64,000 nucleotides of DNA from Octopus vulgaris (taxonomy: Eukaryota), in assembly GCA_951406725.2 (NCBI GenBank), contig OX597825.1, positions 15,996,001 to 16,060,000 of the forward strand. The letters run 5' to 3'. Numbering within the stretch: position 1 is the first letter of the stretch; each line of letters begins with the position of its first letter. The notes under the pieces are model-generated. The model ran no database searches. It saw nothing but the letters and a program-made list of their open reading frames with translations, and had not been told where the DNA came from. Positions 51,530 to 64,000 of the stretch are shown here, piece after piece. A program made the position numbers and the translations under genes.

Positions 51530-52599
51530 TAATGTTTGCAACACTAGCGACACTTTTAATTTGTTATTGAATGTTTATGTGTGTGTGTGTGTTTGTGTTC
51601 CCCACCACCTGTAACTTAGCAGTTTGTTAAAAAGAGATTGACCGAATAAGTATCTGGTTTAAAAAGAAAGAAATAAACAAGTACTGGAGTCAATTCGTTG
51701 ACTGAAATTTTTCAATGCAGTGCCCCAGCATGGCCATAGTCTAATGACTGAAACAAGTAAATAATAAAAGATCATCATCATCAACATCGTTGGTGTTGTT
51801 GCTATGGTCACGACCATTGTCATCATTCACAACATAATTGTCATCATCATTCTTATCACCAACATTTCATAGCCTTGAAGGGTTCAGTCAAACAGACTGA
51901 CCCCAGTCGATTATTACTATTTTAAAAATCTGGCTTTTATTCTATCAATGTCTTTTGATGAACCACTAGGTTACAGGGATGTAAACAAACTAACACAGAT
52001 TGCCTAGCCATGAGACACACACATAAAATTTTTTGAGCACTACGAAGTGTATTCTATACAGAGAATACCTGTCTTTAATCTATAAGCTATATATATATAT
52101 GATGGGCTTCCTCACAGTTTCCATCTACCAAATTCACACTCAAGACATTGGTCAGCCCAGGGTTCTAGTAGAAGACACTTATCCAAAGTGCTGTGCACTG
52201 GAACTGAACTGAAAACCACATGGTTGCAAAGCATGTTTCTTGACCACACAGTATTTAGTGCTCAGGTGCACTATACTCATTAGACAAAGTAGCTAGAACT
52301 GCATGAGCAGTACTTAGAAATTCACAAGGAGTGAATAGCATCAGGTGTACTGTTGGCGAATTTCAGGAAGCATGAAAGTTTTGAAGAATGTAGTGTCTCA
52401 ACCATATCAAGACAATTACCCCTACCCCATAGGACAATTCCCTCAATGACAACTACCCCCTAGGACAGTTATGCCCCCTTGGTTAATTACCTCCTCTCCA
52501 ATATATTAAGAAGTTTTAAATCATCATCTGTTGTCCTTGGGGTGGGATTATTGTCTATGGTGGAGCAAATGTCCTAGACTTGTCTAAACTGCTAGCAAC

Positions 52600-53045
52600 T
52601 GATCATCATCATCATCCTAGTCAGGTGTCGCACTATACAATGCTGTGGTCATCACGATGTCTTGCCACCTTCTCCTGTCCTCTACCCCATGGACAGCTGA
52701 GAATAAAGACAATCCCGTGGTTGCGATGTCTCTCAGCCAAGAAGTGGGTGGTCTGCCTCTTTTATGTCTGCCACTCACCTTGCCAGTTATGATCGTTCAC
52801 TCAAATCCATCCCGGCACATGACATAGCCAAAGAGCCATAGCTTCCACTTCATGTTTCACCGAAGCATCATCTCACAACCGAGCTTTTCCATTACCCAGT
52901 TATTTGTCCTTCTCTCCGTCCATGACGCTCTAAGGATTCTGCACTAACATCACATTTCAAAAGTGCTCACTCTTTTCTCATCTGCCTTCAACATTGTCCA
53001 CGACTCGCAGCCATTCATCGCAATAGAGAAAGCAGCAGCCCAATT
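52600..53045 (-). mobile_element. decayed RTE-BovB-like LINE 3' fragment
   Basis: Minus translation GCESWTMLKADEKRVSTFEM*C*CRILRASWTERRTN...GKVSGRHKRGRPPTSWL...DRRRW, then a (GAT)n tail. Confidence 0.85.
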
Positions 53046-53385
53046 GATGCCGGTTGTTTATTCCATGCTTCGGCAATTCTGAGTGGGAAAATAATGTTTC
53101 TGAAAGTCATGGGTACTGTGTTGTTTTTTTTGTTTTTTGATTTCGTAAGCATGTCCACGAGTGTTAGACGTATGGAATTCATAAAGGTGCCCGAGGATGT
53201 AGTTGGGAAGACAGTGGATAACCTAGTTGGCGTTTGCCAAGTCAGTTGCCAGACGTTGGAGCTTTAACGTGTCCATGTCCAAAGAAACAAGATGTTCAGA
53301 GTATGGTAGATGCCTGATAGCAGGTATTCGCCTGGTTGCATATTTCTGAACGGTTTCCAGGAAATTAATATGCCAATTAAGATCT
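53046..53385 (-). mobile_element. decayed CR1-clade LINE fragment
   Basis: Minus translation LETVQKYATRRIPAIRHLPYSEHLVSLDMDTLKLQRLATDL...NTRGHAYEIKK. Confidence 0.8.
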
Positions 53386-54578
53386 TAACCTCATTAATAT
53401 AATTTCCATCTCCTAATCTTACAATCAAACCCAACCATCAGAGATCAAATGTGTATTTGGTAAAATCCACCATCTTATTACGTGCAGTTCCTTTATTCTT
53501 TCCTTTGTTCTCCTTCCTATGTTATTGCTGTCACTTCAAGTTTTGATAATTATATTTTCTGTTTTTTTTAGCATTTTTCTTACACATTTTTGCTTCCATA
53601 TATTTTATACGTGCTCTCAACAACTGCCAACAAGATGAAAGACGTTACGAAATTATTCAACAATCTGATGTATCGTTTAGTGCTAAAGTGAAGATTTATA
53701 TCATAAACTGAAATAAAGTAAACAAAACAAACAGTATGCATTAATATTCATGAATATCACTGCGAGATTTGTAGGAAAACATTCCATCAATCTGTGTTGT
53801 ATGAAAACATCCAAAATGAATGTTTCACCCAGGAAGTGGAAACCATTCGTAAGAACTTAAATCTGAGGATCAAATTTACATCGTTGGGACATTTTATAAG
53901 CTGTGATCGTTTCATTTATGTTATATTTAGGACTGCGAGGGTGCATGGCTCAGTGGTTAGAGTGTCCAGCTTACGATCACGAGGTTGTGAACTCGAATTC
54001 CAGACCGGGCTGTGTGTTGTGTTCTTGAACAAGACACTTTATTCCACGTTGCTCCAGTTCACTCAGCTGTAGAAACGAGTCGCAACATCACTGGTGCCAA
54101 GCTGTATTGGTCCCTTTGGCTTTCCCTTGGATAACATCAGTGGTGTGGAAGAGGGAAGGCCGGTATACATGGGCAACTGCTGGTCTTCCATAAACAACCT
54201 TGCCCAGACTTGTGCCTGGGAGGGTAACTTTCTAGGTGCAATCCTATAGTCAGTGTCATGACCAAAGAGGCTCTCAGAATATTTAGGACTGATACATCCA
54301 ATATATTTATCCACTTTTAGAACTTTACCATTTGACACACAGCATCTGATTTTATTTTAAAAGCATAGGTGCAGAAATGGATGTGTGGTTAAGAAGCTTA
54401 CTTCCAACCATGTGGGTATTAGTTCAGTTCCACTGCATGGTACCTTTACCAAGTGTTTTTTTCTTTTTTTCTACTACAGCCTTGGGTCAACTAATGTGTT
54501 GTGAGTGTATTTTGTAGATGAAAACTGTGTAAAAACTCAATGTATGTGTGTATGTAATAAATCTTTTGTGTAGAAATA

Positions 54579-55146
54579 TTGGGTTGTCCAGAAAGTTTGT
54601 GCCGATTTATAGTAACTTACCTTTCGACTTATTTTAGAACATGGTTGAGTCCATAAAATAGGATTTGACTACACCTTCCATTTAGAGCACAGTTTAAGCT
54701 ATCTTTTCATGGAAGAAAGTTTATGTTCCTATAACCTGTGTTAATTCTGTAACCCTTTAAAATGGAAGATAAGAAAATTCATTTTCGGCACTTGATGCTT
54801 TGGGAACCAGACAAAAATTGCTGTAGCTTGGCTGGGATGTGTTGCCCCACCCTCCATATTCACCAGATATTGCTCCTTCAGATTTCCACTTATTCAGGTC
54901 TTTGCAGAATAGTCTTAATGGTAAAAATTTTCAGTTCCTTGGATGACGTAAAAAGATACCTTGATGAATTCTTTGCCATGAAACCACCTCAATTCTGGGA
55001 AGGGGGTATTTTCAAGTTAAAGGAAAGATGGAGATGCATTGTGCAACAAAATGGTTCATATTTGGTTGATTAAAAATGTAATGGCAAGCATTTATTGACT
55101 TTTTTGTTTTCTTTAAAAATCGGCACGAACTTTCCGGACAACCCAA
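54579..55146 (+). mobile_element. internally deleted mariner transposon
   Basis: 30-bp TIRs ttgggttgtccagaaagtttgtgccgattt / aaatcggcacgaactttccggacaacccaa with TA on both sides. Transposase N-terminus MEDKKIHFRHLMLWE is fused to LGWDVLPHPPYSPDIAPSDFHLFRSLQNSL...GIFKLKERWRCIVQQNGSYLVD*. Confidence 0.95.
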
Positions 55147-55307
55147 TAGATGTATGATTTACTACTGTTAATTTTGGAGCTCCATGTAGATTACCATTGT
55201 CCAGTCTGTTCCCAGAATAGTGGTTAAGTAACTACTATACTTGGTAGTATTACTAGTTATGAAATAAAGAACAAATATAGGAGAATTTATGATAAACACA
55301 AATTTAT

Positions 55308-55690
55308 ATTATTATTATTATTATTGTATAATTGTTCAACATTTGGTAGTTTCAGGCATATTTGTACTGCATCTCCTGCTACACCTCCGTGTTGCTCGGG
55401 TATGTGCAGCATTATGTTCTTTTCTGTTGTTGGGAGTGTGCAAACTCCTCCCGGTGTCTGATCTTGTATTACTGATTGTATTGTGTGTTGAGTGTGTAAT
55501 GCATTGGTTGTATGATGTGCTGGTGGAATTTTATTTCACTGGATAATTGCTGTATAGAGTGTCTTGTGTTTGTGGGTTGTTTTGTTCAATTTCTATTATC
55601 ATATATTGTCCACTCTTTGTTATATGTACTAGCCGCATAAATGCTTTAAGCCTATTAGCTTCCTGCACTTGGAACCTTGAATTGTACCTA
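55308..55690 (-). mobile_element. probable R4/Dong-related 3' UTR ending in (AAT)n
   Basis: Minus strand gcacatacccgagcaacacggag resembles gcacatacccaaggcacacggag in the UTR at 42873; ends in an (AAT)n tail. Confidence 0.45.
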
Positions 55691-55890
55691 CCGCCGGGTG
55701 AGATGCTTAGCTGTATTCCGTTTGCCATTACATTCTGAGTTCTAATTCTGCCAAGGTCGATTTTGCCTTTAATCCTTACGGGGTCAATTAAATAAGTACC
55801 AGTTATGTAGTGGAGTCAATGTAATCAACTTAATCCCGTTGTCTGTCCTTGTTTGTCCCCTCTTTGTTTAGGCCTCTGTAGGCAATAAAG

Positions 55891-55925
<35 letters not shown>

Positions 55926-56423
55926 CATAGGAGTGGCTGTGTGGTAAGTAGCTTGCTTATGGACCACATGGTTCCAAGTTCAGTGCCACTGCGTGGCACC
56001 TTAGGCAGGTGTCTTCTACTATAGCCTTGGGCTGACCAAAGACTTCTGGATGGATTTGGCTGACAGAAACGGAAAAAAGCCCGTCGTATATATGTGTATG
56101 TGTGTGTATGTTTGTGTGTCTGTGTTTGCCCCCCCTCCAACATCGCTTGGCAACCGATGCTGGTGTGCTTACATCCCCGTAACCTGGTGGTTCGGCAAAA
56201 GAGATTGATAAAATAAGTATTAGGCTTCCAAAGAATAAGTCGTGGGATCGATTTGCTTGACTAAAGTCATGATGGGTATACTGGGCTTCGTATATTTTAC
56301 CCCAGTGTCACTTTGATGGCATGCACTGCTCTCTCACTCAATAATAATAGTAATAATAACAACAACAACAACAACATCGAAAAATACCTTAGGAATGAGA
56401 ACCCAGGTTCGAAATTTCCCCAA

Positions 56424-56469
56424 GACACCTGATGAAGGCCGGAGGTTATATCAGCCGAAACGTTGTGTT
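56424..56469 (+). ncRNA. minimal type I hammerhead ribozyme with intact core
   Basis: gacac-CUGAUGA-a-ggc[..]gcc-GAAAC-GUU-guguu. Stem III is reduced to the palindrome AACGUU, typical of dimerising Penelope hammerheads. Lies in 56375-56517, a copy of 9875-10017. Confidence 0.75.
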
Positions 56470-56754
56470 AACAACAAACAAGATGAGGACAAATATCCGT
56501 CAAATGTAAATAATGTAACAGGTGTTATAGTAGAAGATTTTTGCCCAAGGTACCCGAGGTGCCTTGCAGAACGACTGAACTCAAAACCGTGTAACAGGGC
56601 AGTGACCTTCTTAACTAACACATCTGTCCTTATGCTTCAATAATAATATTATTTAGATTTTTTCTTCCTTCACAACAGTTGTTTTTTCGTAAGTGGCCCC
56701 TTTGGAAAAAAAATCCCCTCAATCACTCTGTTATCTCTGTTATCTCCACATTTT

Positions 56755-57168
56755 CTTTACTCTCTCTTTTACTTGTTTCAGTCATTTGACTGCGGCCATG
56801 CTGGAGCACCGCCTTTAATCGAGCAACTCGACCACAGGACTTATCCTTTTGTAAGCCTAGTACTTATTCTATCGGCCTCTTTTGCCGAACCGCTAAGTGA
56901 CGGGGACGTAAACACACCAGCATCGGTTGTCAAGCAATGCTAGAGGCACAAACACAAACACACAAACACACACACACATACATATACATATATATACATG
57001 TATACGACAGGCTTCTTTCAGTTTCCGTCTAGCAAATCCACTCACAAAGCATTGGTCAGCCCGGGGCTATAGCAGAAGACACTTGCCCAAGATGCCACAC
57101 AGTGGGACTGAACCCGGAACCATGTGGTTGGTTAGCAAGCTACTTACCACACAGCCACTCCTGTGCCT
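56755..57168 (-). mobile_element. SINE family A
   Basis: Full-length reverse-complement match. Confidence 0.9.
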
Positions 57169-58214
57169 ATTATATTTATTTTATTTCATTCATCTTTTTT
57201 GTATTTAACGTTTGATCTCCATTATGTCAAAATATTTCAATATACATAAACACGCTACTTCAAATGTCAATTATGTATCCCATTCTATTTTACTATTTGC
57301 CTCCTTCTATCCCTCACTCTTTCTCCATCTCTTCTATTCTTTTACCGTTTTTATTCCTCTTCTAATTCTGGTACTCGGATCCATCCATACTTTTTACCTT
57401 TTCGTTGCTAATAATAATTATTCATCTCAGAGATACGGAAGTTTCAACAAGGGAAAGACAGACAGACAGAGTCTGTTCTAAGCAATCATTGTAATCACTA
57501 TTTTAACTCCGATAGAATCAATGCACTTAGAAACTGCTACAGACAAAAACAGCAGAATGGCTTTCGTTCTACCACCTCACCCCTCCTTCTCCCTCTGTTC
57601 CTTTCTCTCCCTCCCTCCCTCCGTTCTCTCGCTTGTCTTTTCAGTTCTCTCTCACTTCCTCATTTCGTTTTCTGTTCCCTCCCTCCTTCTCTCTCGCTCT
57701 CTCTGTCCCTCGCTTCCTTTCTTTCTCCCGAAATTTTTCGCTTTCTCTCTTACTCTCTTTCTCACCAGCTCTTCTTCCTCTCCTCTGCCAGTCTTTTCCT
57801 TTATTCTTCCATGCCTTTCTTTTATCCCTTTCATTCCGTCTTTCTCTTTCATACTCTCTCTCTCTCTTCTTTAGTCTCTTCTCTTTTTCTTTTTCCTCTC
57901 TCTTCCTCCCTTTCTATTTTCTCTGTCTTTCCTTCCCACTCACTCACCCTTTAATTCTGTTTTTTTTACACACACTCTCCCTCTGTTTTCTCTCTGATTC
58001 CATACCTTCTCTTTGTCTCTGTCGCCCATCCTGTCTCTCTCTCTCTCTTATTCTCAGCTTCTTTCTCTCTATCTCTCTCTCTCTCTTATGTCTGCCTATC
58101 GTTCTTGATATTCTGTGTTTTGTAGAATGATATATTAAGGAGCTTCTTGTATGAGTACTACGGGATTACTTGAATCCATATAATGTGACTTAAATTCATA
58201 CACACACATATATA

Positions 58215-59049
58215 TCATCATCATCATCATCGTTTAAAGTCCGCTTTCCATGCTAGCATGGGTTGGACAATTTTGACTGAGGGCTGGCGAACCAGATGGC
58301 TGCACCAGGCTCCAATCTTGATCTGACAGTTTCTACAGCTCGATGCCCTTCCTAATGCCAACCACTCCGAGAGTGTAATGGGTGCTTTTACATACCACCG
58401 GCACGGGGACCAGTCAGGCAGTACTGGCAACGACCTCACTTGAATCATTTTTCACATGCCATCGGCATAGGTGCCACTAAGGCGATGCTGATAATGATCA
58501 TGCTCGAATGGTGCCTTTTACGTGTCACCGGCATGGAAGCCAGTTAGCCGCTCTGGCAATGATCATGCTCAGATGGTGCTCTTAGCACCCTACTAGCATG
58601 GGCACAAGTGCCAGTAAGGCGACACTGGTAACGATCACACTCGAATGGTGCCTTTTATGTGTCACTGGCATGGAAACCGGTTAGCCGCTCTGTCAACGAT
58701 CACGCTCGTATGGTGCTCTTTGCACCCGCTAGCACCGATGCCAGTCATCGAATTTGATTTTGATTTTGATTTCACTTGCCTCAATAGGTCTTCGAAAGCA
58801 GAGTTTAGTGACCAAAGAAGGAAAAGGTGCACATAAGTGGGCTGGTTACACCCCTGGCATAGGCCACGAGGTTATGGTCTCATTTGGCTTGCTGGGTCTT
58901 CTCAAGCACAGCATATTTCTAAAAGTCTTGGTCACTAGTCATTTCCTTGGTTAGGCCTAAAGTTCGAAGGTCATGCTTCACCACTTCATCCCAGGTCTTC
59001 CTGGGTCTACCTCTTGTACAGGTTCCCTCAACCGCTAGGGTGTGGCACT
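58215..59049 (-). mobile_element. RTE LINE 3' end with long, internally repetitive 3' UTR
   Basis: Minus translation CHTLAVEGTCTRGRPRKTWDEVVKHDLRTLGLTKEMTSD...YAVLEKTQQAK*, then a ~670-bp UTR with ~60-65-bp repeats and a (GAT)n tail. Confidence 0.88.
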
Positions 59050-59425
59050 ATGTATGTAAAATAGAAAACAGCAGAAAAGTGATTGCTCATGATTTTGTAT
59101 TCTCTCCTACCAGCTGGTGTGCTGGCATTAAGAGTGTTCATCTGAAAGGACTTCCCAAACTCTCGACATTTTTGCTGTCTCCTGAAAGGACCCTCTTCAA
59201 ACCCAGCAAGTAGAGAACCTTACCATGTTCCACAAGGCATCAGAGCGAATGGTCTAACATTGCACCGATCCAACTCTCTGAGCTGCTGTTTTATGCTTCA
59301 ACCTTGAAACAACGAAAAGCAGAGTTGACTGATGTAGGATTTGAACTTGCAGTGCAATGATATGGAACAAATACTGCAAAGCATTTTTTTCAAACCTCTT
59401 AATGATTCTGTCAATTTGACATCAC

Positions 59426-59458
<33 letters not shown>

Positions 59459-59808
59459 TGTATGTGCTTGCATGTGTCTGTGTGTGTGTGTCAGTGCAAT
59501 TTCAGTTGAAATTCTGCAATTTATTACTCAAAGCTTCAAAGAATAGCACCGAGTTATCTATTTCAGACATTAATTCAAAAATTGCCCATTTTTCCTTCCA
59601 ATTATTTGATTTCTTTCAATATTCAGGACTCGAGTTAATTAGGAACGACAAAAATCTGACGCCGAACCTAAAATCTGTCAGCACAACCTGTTTAATATCT
59701 CTTTCAATTGAAACATCATGAGATCAAAAAGCAACAGTTAACAAAACATGTATGTGGTGCATGTATACATAAACACGTGTGTGTATATGTGAAGACACAC
59801 ATACATGC

Positions 59809-59839
<31 letters not shown>

Positions 59840-60005
59840 CATATATATATATATATACTGCACTGCATATTTCAACTCTGGAGTGTTGTCAGCAGCTGTG
59901 CAACTATAAATATATATGTATATCATCATCATCAACATTTAATGTCCATTGACCATGCTGGATATACATATATATATATATTTATATATACATACATACA
60001 TATAT

Positions 60006-60122
<117 letters not shown>

Positions 60123-60170
60123 TATATATATACATATACATACAAACATACATACATATATATATATAAT

Positions 60171-60213
<43 letters not shown>

Positions 60214-60614
60214 TATATACATACATCATGTGTGTGTGTGTATAATGCCTATGTATACTGCCACGCATACAAAGCAGATCAAATTTATCAATTTCAAATG
60301 TATTGAATAACCTTCTTTGAAAGATTAACACAAGATCATAAATTCTGGAGAATGCCATGGCTCAGTGTAATAAAAGACTTTGGATTCAAAAGCTGAGATA
60401 AGTTGACTACAGACAGGGAAGGAACTGAAATACAAATCCCACTTGTCTGCAGTTTATTCTGTTTGCTCTGCAGTTTATGGGTTCTGTGGTTTTGTTTATA
60501 AATTTGAAGCTAGTTTCATTGTTACCAGAGGCACAAACACTCAGTACCTGACAAGGCTGTTTGATGGTCAAGTTTCAGAAATTGAGCATAATTGAGTGCG
60601 TAGACACACACACA

Positions 60615-60683
<69 letters not shown>

Positions 60684-60688
60684 ATATA

Positions 60689-60887
60689 TGAGGGAGTGCT
60701 GAAATGTTCCCGGCTTGGGTAAAAGAAAATACAGGAGGATGAGTTAATTATGGTTTTATTCAACATAATCACCTCTCAGATTCACACACTCATTGCAGTG
60801 GTCCTGTAAAAGAATTTGGAAGTTTGGGCGTCCAACCAGGCTTTTCACAATACACTTAAGAGCCAGGACCTTTTCAGCACCCCTTTG
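60689..60887 (-). mobile_element. mariner-derived MITE
   Basis: TIR ggagtgctgaaatgttcccggct / agccaggaccttttcagcacccc. Minus strand retains CNECVNLRGDYVE*. Confidence 0.78.
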
Positions 60888-61729
60888 TGTGTGTGTGTGT
60901 GTGTTTGTACATATATATACCATCATCTTCATCATCATCGTCATCATTAATGTCTGCTTTCAATGCTAGCATGGGTTGGACGGTTTGACTGAGGACTGGT
61001 GAGCCAGAAGGCTGGACCAGGCTCCAATTTGATCTGGCAGAGTTTCTACAGCTGGATGCCTTTCCTAACACCAACCACCCCGAGAGTGTAGTGAGTGCTT
61101 TTACATGCCACTGGCATGTGGGCCAGTCAAGCAGTACTGGCAACAACCATCTTCAAAAGGTATTTTTTACATGCTACACCTTGTTTAACATTGCCTTTGC
61201 AATCACTTGGACATCTAACGGGTGTCACACCATACACCCATACAGACAATTTTGATTTGACAGCAGGAATGAGCTAATACACATGTCAAAGATTTGATCA
61301 CTGTAAAAAGAAATCAGTCATGCAGATTCCTCAGTAGGAAGTTGCTGGACTCTCATTTGTTGTTTATGACAGAAATACCATGTGATGGTTGCAAACGAGC
61401 AATGTTGTCTGTTTCCAATCTTCCATGAAAAGCCAGTCATCTGGCTAGGAGGAAACATTTCCTTGTTTGGTAACAGGTGAGTGCTGGCGACGGCAAGACA
61501 AGAAAATCTGCCTCACCATTTGACCCAAGCGAGCAGAGAAAAGTGGACGTTAAATGACTATAATGATGAGAACGACGGTGACTACTATGATGACGGTAAT
61601 GACGGTGACAATTGACAAGTGAAATGTCATTGACATTTTTATTTACTTTGCTTCTTCTGTCTCTGCTTCCATTTGCTTTAAGAATGGTTATGCAATAAAC
61701 AAACTCAGAGATTTCATTTATCTATTCAG

Positions 61730-62096
61730 TTATTACCTCTGCCTTAGTGAAGGCAGAGGTATTGTTTTCAGTGGGGTTAGTTTGTTTGTCCGTGGACAAG
61801 ATATCTCAAGAACCACTGGATGGATTTCGATGAAACCTTGAGGGATGTTTGGCCTCTTGACTGGCATGAGCTGATTAAATGGGATTGATCAGATACCGGA
61901 CAAGGATTCTGGATAATTTTTCCAGTTTTTTTTTACTCCATTTTTAAGAGCAGTCGAATTCATTTTTAGTATTTTCATTGTGAGAGCTGTCGCGTTTATT
62001 TCAGACATTCTCATTTAAAAAATCATCTCTGGCTAATCGTTGAGAGAACGTTAATGTTGCCTTGGCGGAGGTCTGTGCTCTCTGAGTGCTCTTGTT
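61730..62096 (+). mobile_element. Helentron-associated non-autonomous element (HINE/DINE-1-like)
   Basis: 5' ttattacctctgcc...ggcagaggt palindrome, short gttt repeats, 3' subTIR ttggcggaggt, then stem-loop gtgctc-tct-gagtgc and a T-rich end. No TSD. Confidence 0.75.
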
Positions 62097-62459
62097 TATA
62101 ATTTATTGTTGTGGAACTTTTTGTTTGTTTTTGTTTTGGTTTTTTAATGTTTATTTGATGTTTAGAATATTTACCTATGATGGGCTTTATTTTAGAACAA
62201 GTATTCTGTTGGGACATTGATTAGAAAAGCTGCAAAAGTGTTAACAATTCAAAGAGGAATTCTATGGCAACTCAAAACATTCTCAGCTTAAAGGCTGCAA
62301 TTAACTTCCTTCTGGATAAAATGAATATTGATTTCCATTTTTTATCTTCCTCACTCTACCCTCACCTAAATACACACACACACACATAGTCTCTCTCTCT
62401 CTCTCTCTTTCTCTCTATTTATATCTATCGCTCTTTTATGTTTTATATAACTTTCTATT

Positions 62460-62565
62460 TCCATCTATCTATCTATTTATCTACCTGTCTACCTATCTAT
62501 CTATCTACCTATCTATCTATCTGTCTATCTATCTATCTATCCATCTATCTATCTATCTATCTATC

Positions 62566-62602
<37 letters not shown>

Positions 62603-62665
62603 GTATATATATATATATATATATATATCTGTCTATCTAAATCTCTCTTTCTATCTATTTGTCTA

Positions 62666-62698
<33 letters not shown>

Positions 62699-62709
62699 GT
62701 CTGTCTATC

Positions 62710-62779
<70 letters not shown>

Positions 62780-62901
62780 CATCTCTCTTATCTATCCATC
62801 GATATCTGTCTATCTATCTATCTGCCTGTCTGTTTGTCTACCTACCTACCTACCTACCTACCTATCTACCTACCTACCTACCTACCTATCTACCTACCTA
62901 C

Positions 62902-62971
<70 letters not shown>

Positions 62972-63010
62972 CTCTCTCTCTCTATCTCTCTCTATCTATC
63001 TCTATATCTG
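62460..63010. repeat. (TATC/TACC)n compound microsatellite
   Basis: Directly visible. Confidence 0.95.
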
Positions 63011-64000
63011 TTTGTCTGTCTGTTCTTTCTTTCTACAATTTCTTGTAGCTTAGAAAATTGAATTTGATTGATTCCCATTCCCAAAAGTAATCTGCCTTTT
63101 TGAAACGCAGTTGGAAGTTTGCCTCTGAAAATGGCTAATTTTATTCAAAGGAAGAATTGTTAGTGCTATTAATGATTTTGTTGTTGTTGATGTTGCTACT
63201 GATGTTGTTGTTGTTGTTATTGTTATTTTTATAACTGAAGTCATTGCTGTTGTAATTGATGATGTTGATGATGATGACGATGATGTGGAAGAGGAGGAAG
63301 AGGTTTTGGCTTTTATGGAATGTTTGTGTGGGTGGAGAAATAAATTGTTCAAATGGATAAGATAATGGGATCAAATTTTTGGAACCAGGCCAGCAATCTC
63401 GGGGGAGTGGGGTAAGTCGATTACATTGACCCCCGGCGCTCAACTGATACTTATTTTATTAACCCTGAAAGGATGAAAGGCAAAGTCGACCTTGGCGGAA
63501 TTTGAACTCAGAACATAGAGAGGAGGAAGAAATCCTACTTTCACTTTCACTTTCCCAATATGCTAACCACTCTGCCAGCTCACTGCCTTCTTCATGGATA
63601 AGACAATAGATTCTATCTGTTAGCAGTTTAGGAGTTTGAGGGTTCAAGCATGAAGCAGATATTTCACAGCATCTACAAACAAGAATACTTAATTCTGTAA
63701 GTTCTTCATTTCACTTTCACTTAACTACTGTAACAGGATGGAAAGGTCTGTAACACTGGAAGGGTGCAGCTCTCATCCCTCACATTAAATTATTAATCGA
63801 AGGAAAAGCCAAGACTTGCGAATATCTTCAACAGCATAAATATTTTATTTCTGGATTCGCAATATATACATTCTTCTTCAGGGCGAGTCGGTAGCCTAGG
63901 AGCTCGTCACAGTAGTCATGTGGAGTGAGCCAAATCCTGTCCGTTCAAGCATAGTGTAACAATGCCACGAGGTAGCAGTTTGAGAGAGCAGCTACAACAC

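Noticed and set aside
54762-55073. host SETMAR-like or active transposase gene
   Set aside because: Most of the ORF is deleted, with a frameshift and stop, and it is bounded by TIRs and TA.

Overview
AT-rich, extremely repeat-dense animal DNA, most likely an octopod cephalopod (inferred from the tRNA-derived SINE families and microsatellite load). It looks intronic or intergenic: I found no intact host gene, only a few weak orphan exon candidates. Almost all ORFs in the track are microsatellite or repeat artefacts. Content: (i) about 30 copies of a microsatellite-carrying tRNA-SINE (family A), two more SINE families (B, C), and head-to-tail arrays of family B; (ii) 5'-truncated LINE ends of the RTE, CR1 and R4/Dong (restriction-like endonuclease) types, the last sitting in (AAT)n tracts; (iii) mariner, hAT, GG..CC-ended (Merlin/Mutator-like) and Helentron-type non-autonomous DNA elements; (iv) a 25-copy 65-bp satellite grown inside an RTE 3' UTR. 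The most notable signals are several distinct Penelope-type terminal repeats carrying minimal hammerhead ribozyme motifs, one fused to a tRNA-like Pol III head (a candidate hammerhead-bearing, Penelope-mobilised SINE), and a 34-bp hairpin whose eight wobble pairs are all G-U on the + strand. All alignments were done by eye; unless a TSD or TIR is quoted, boundaries are approximate.
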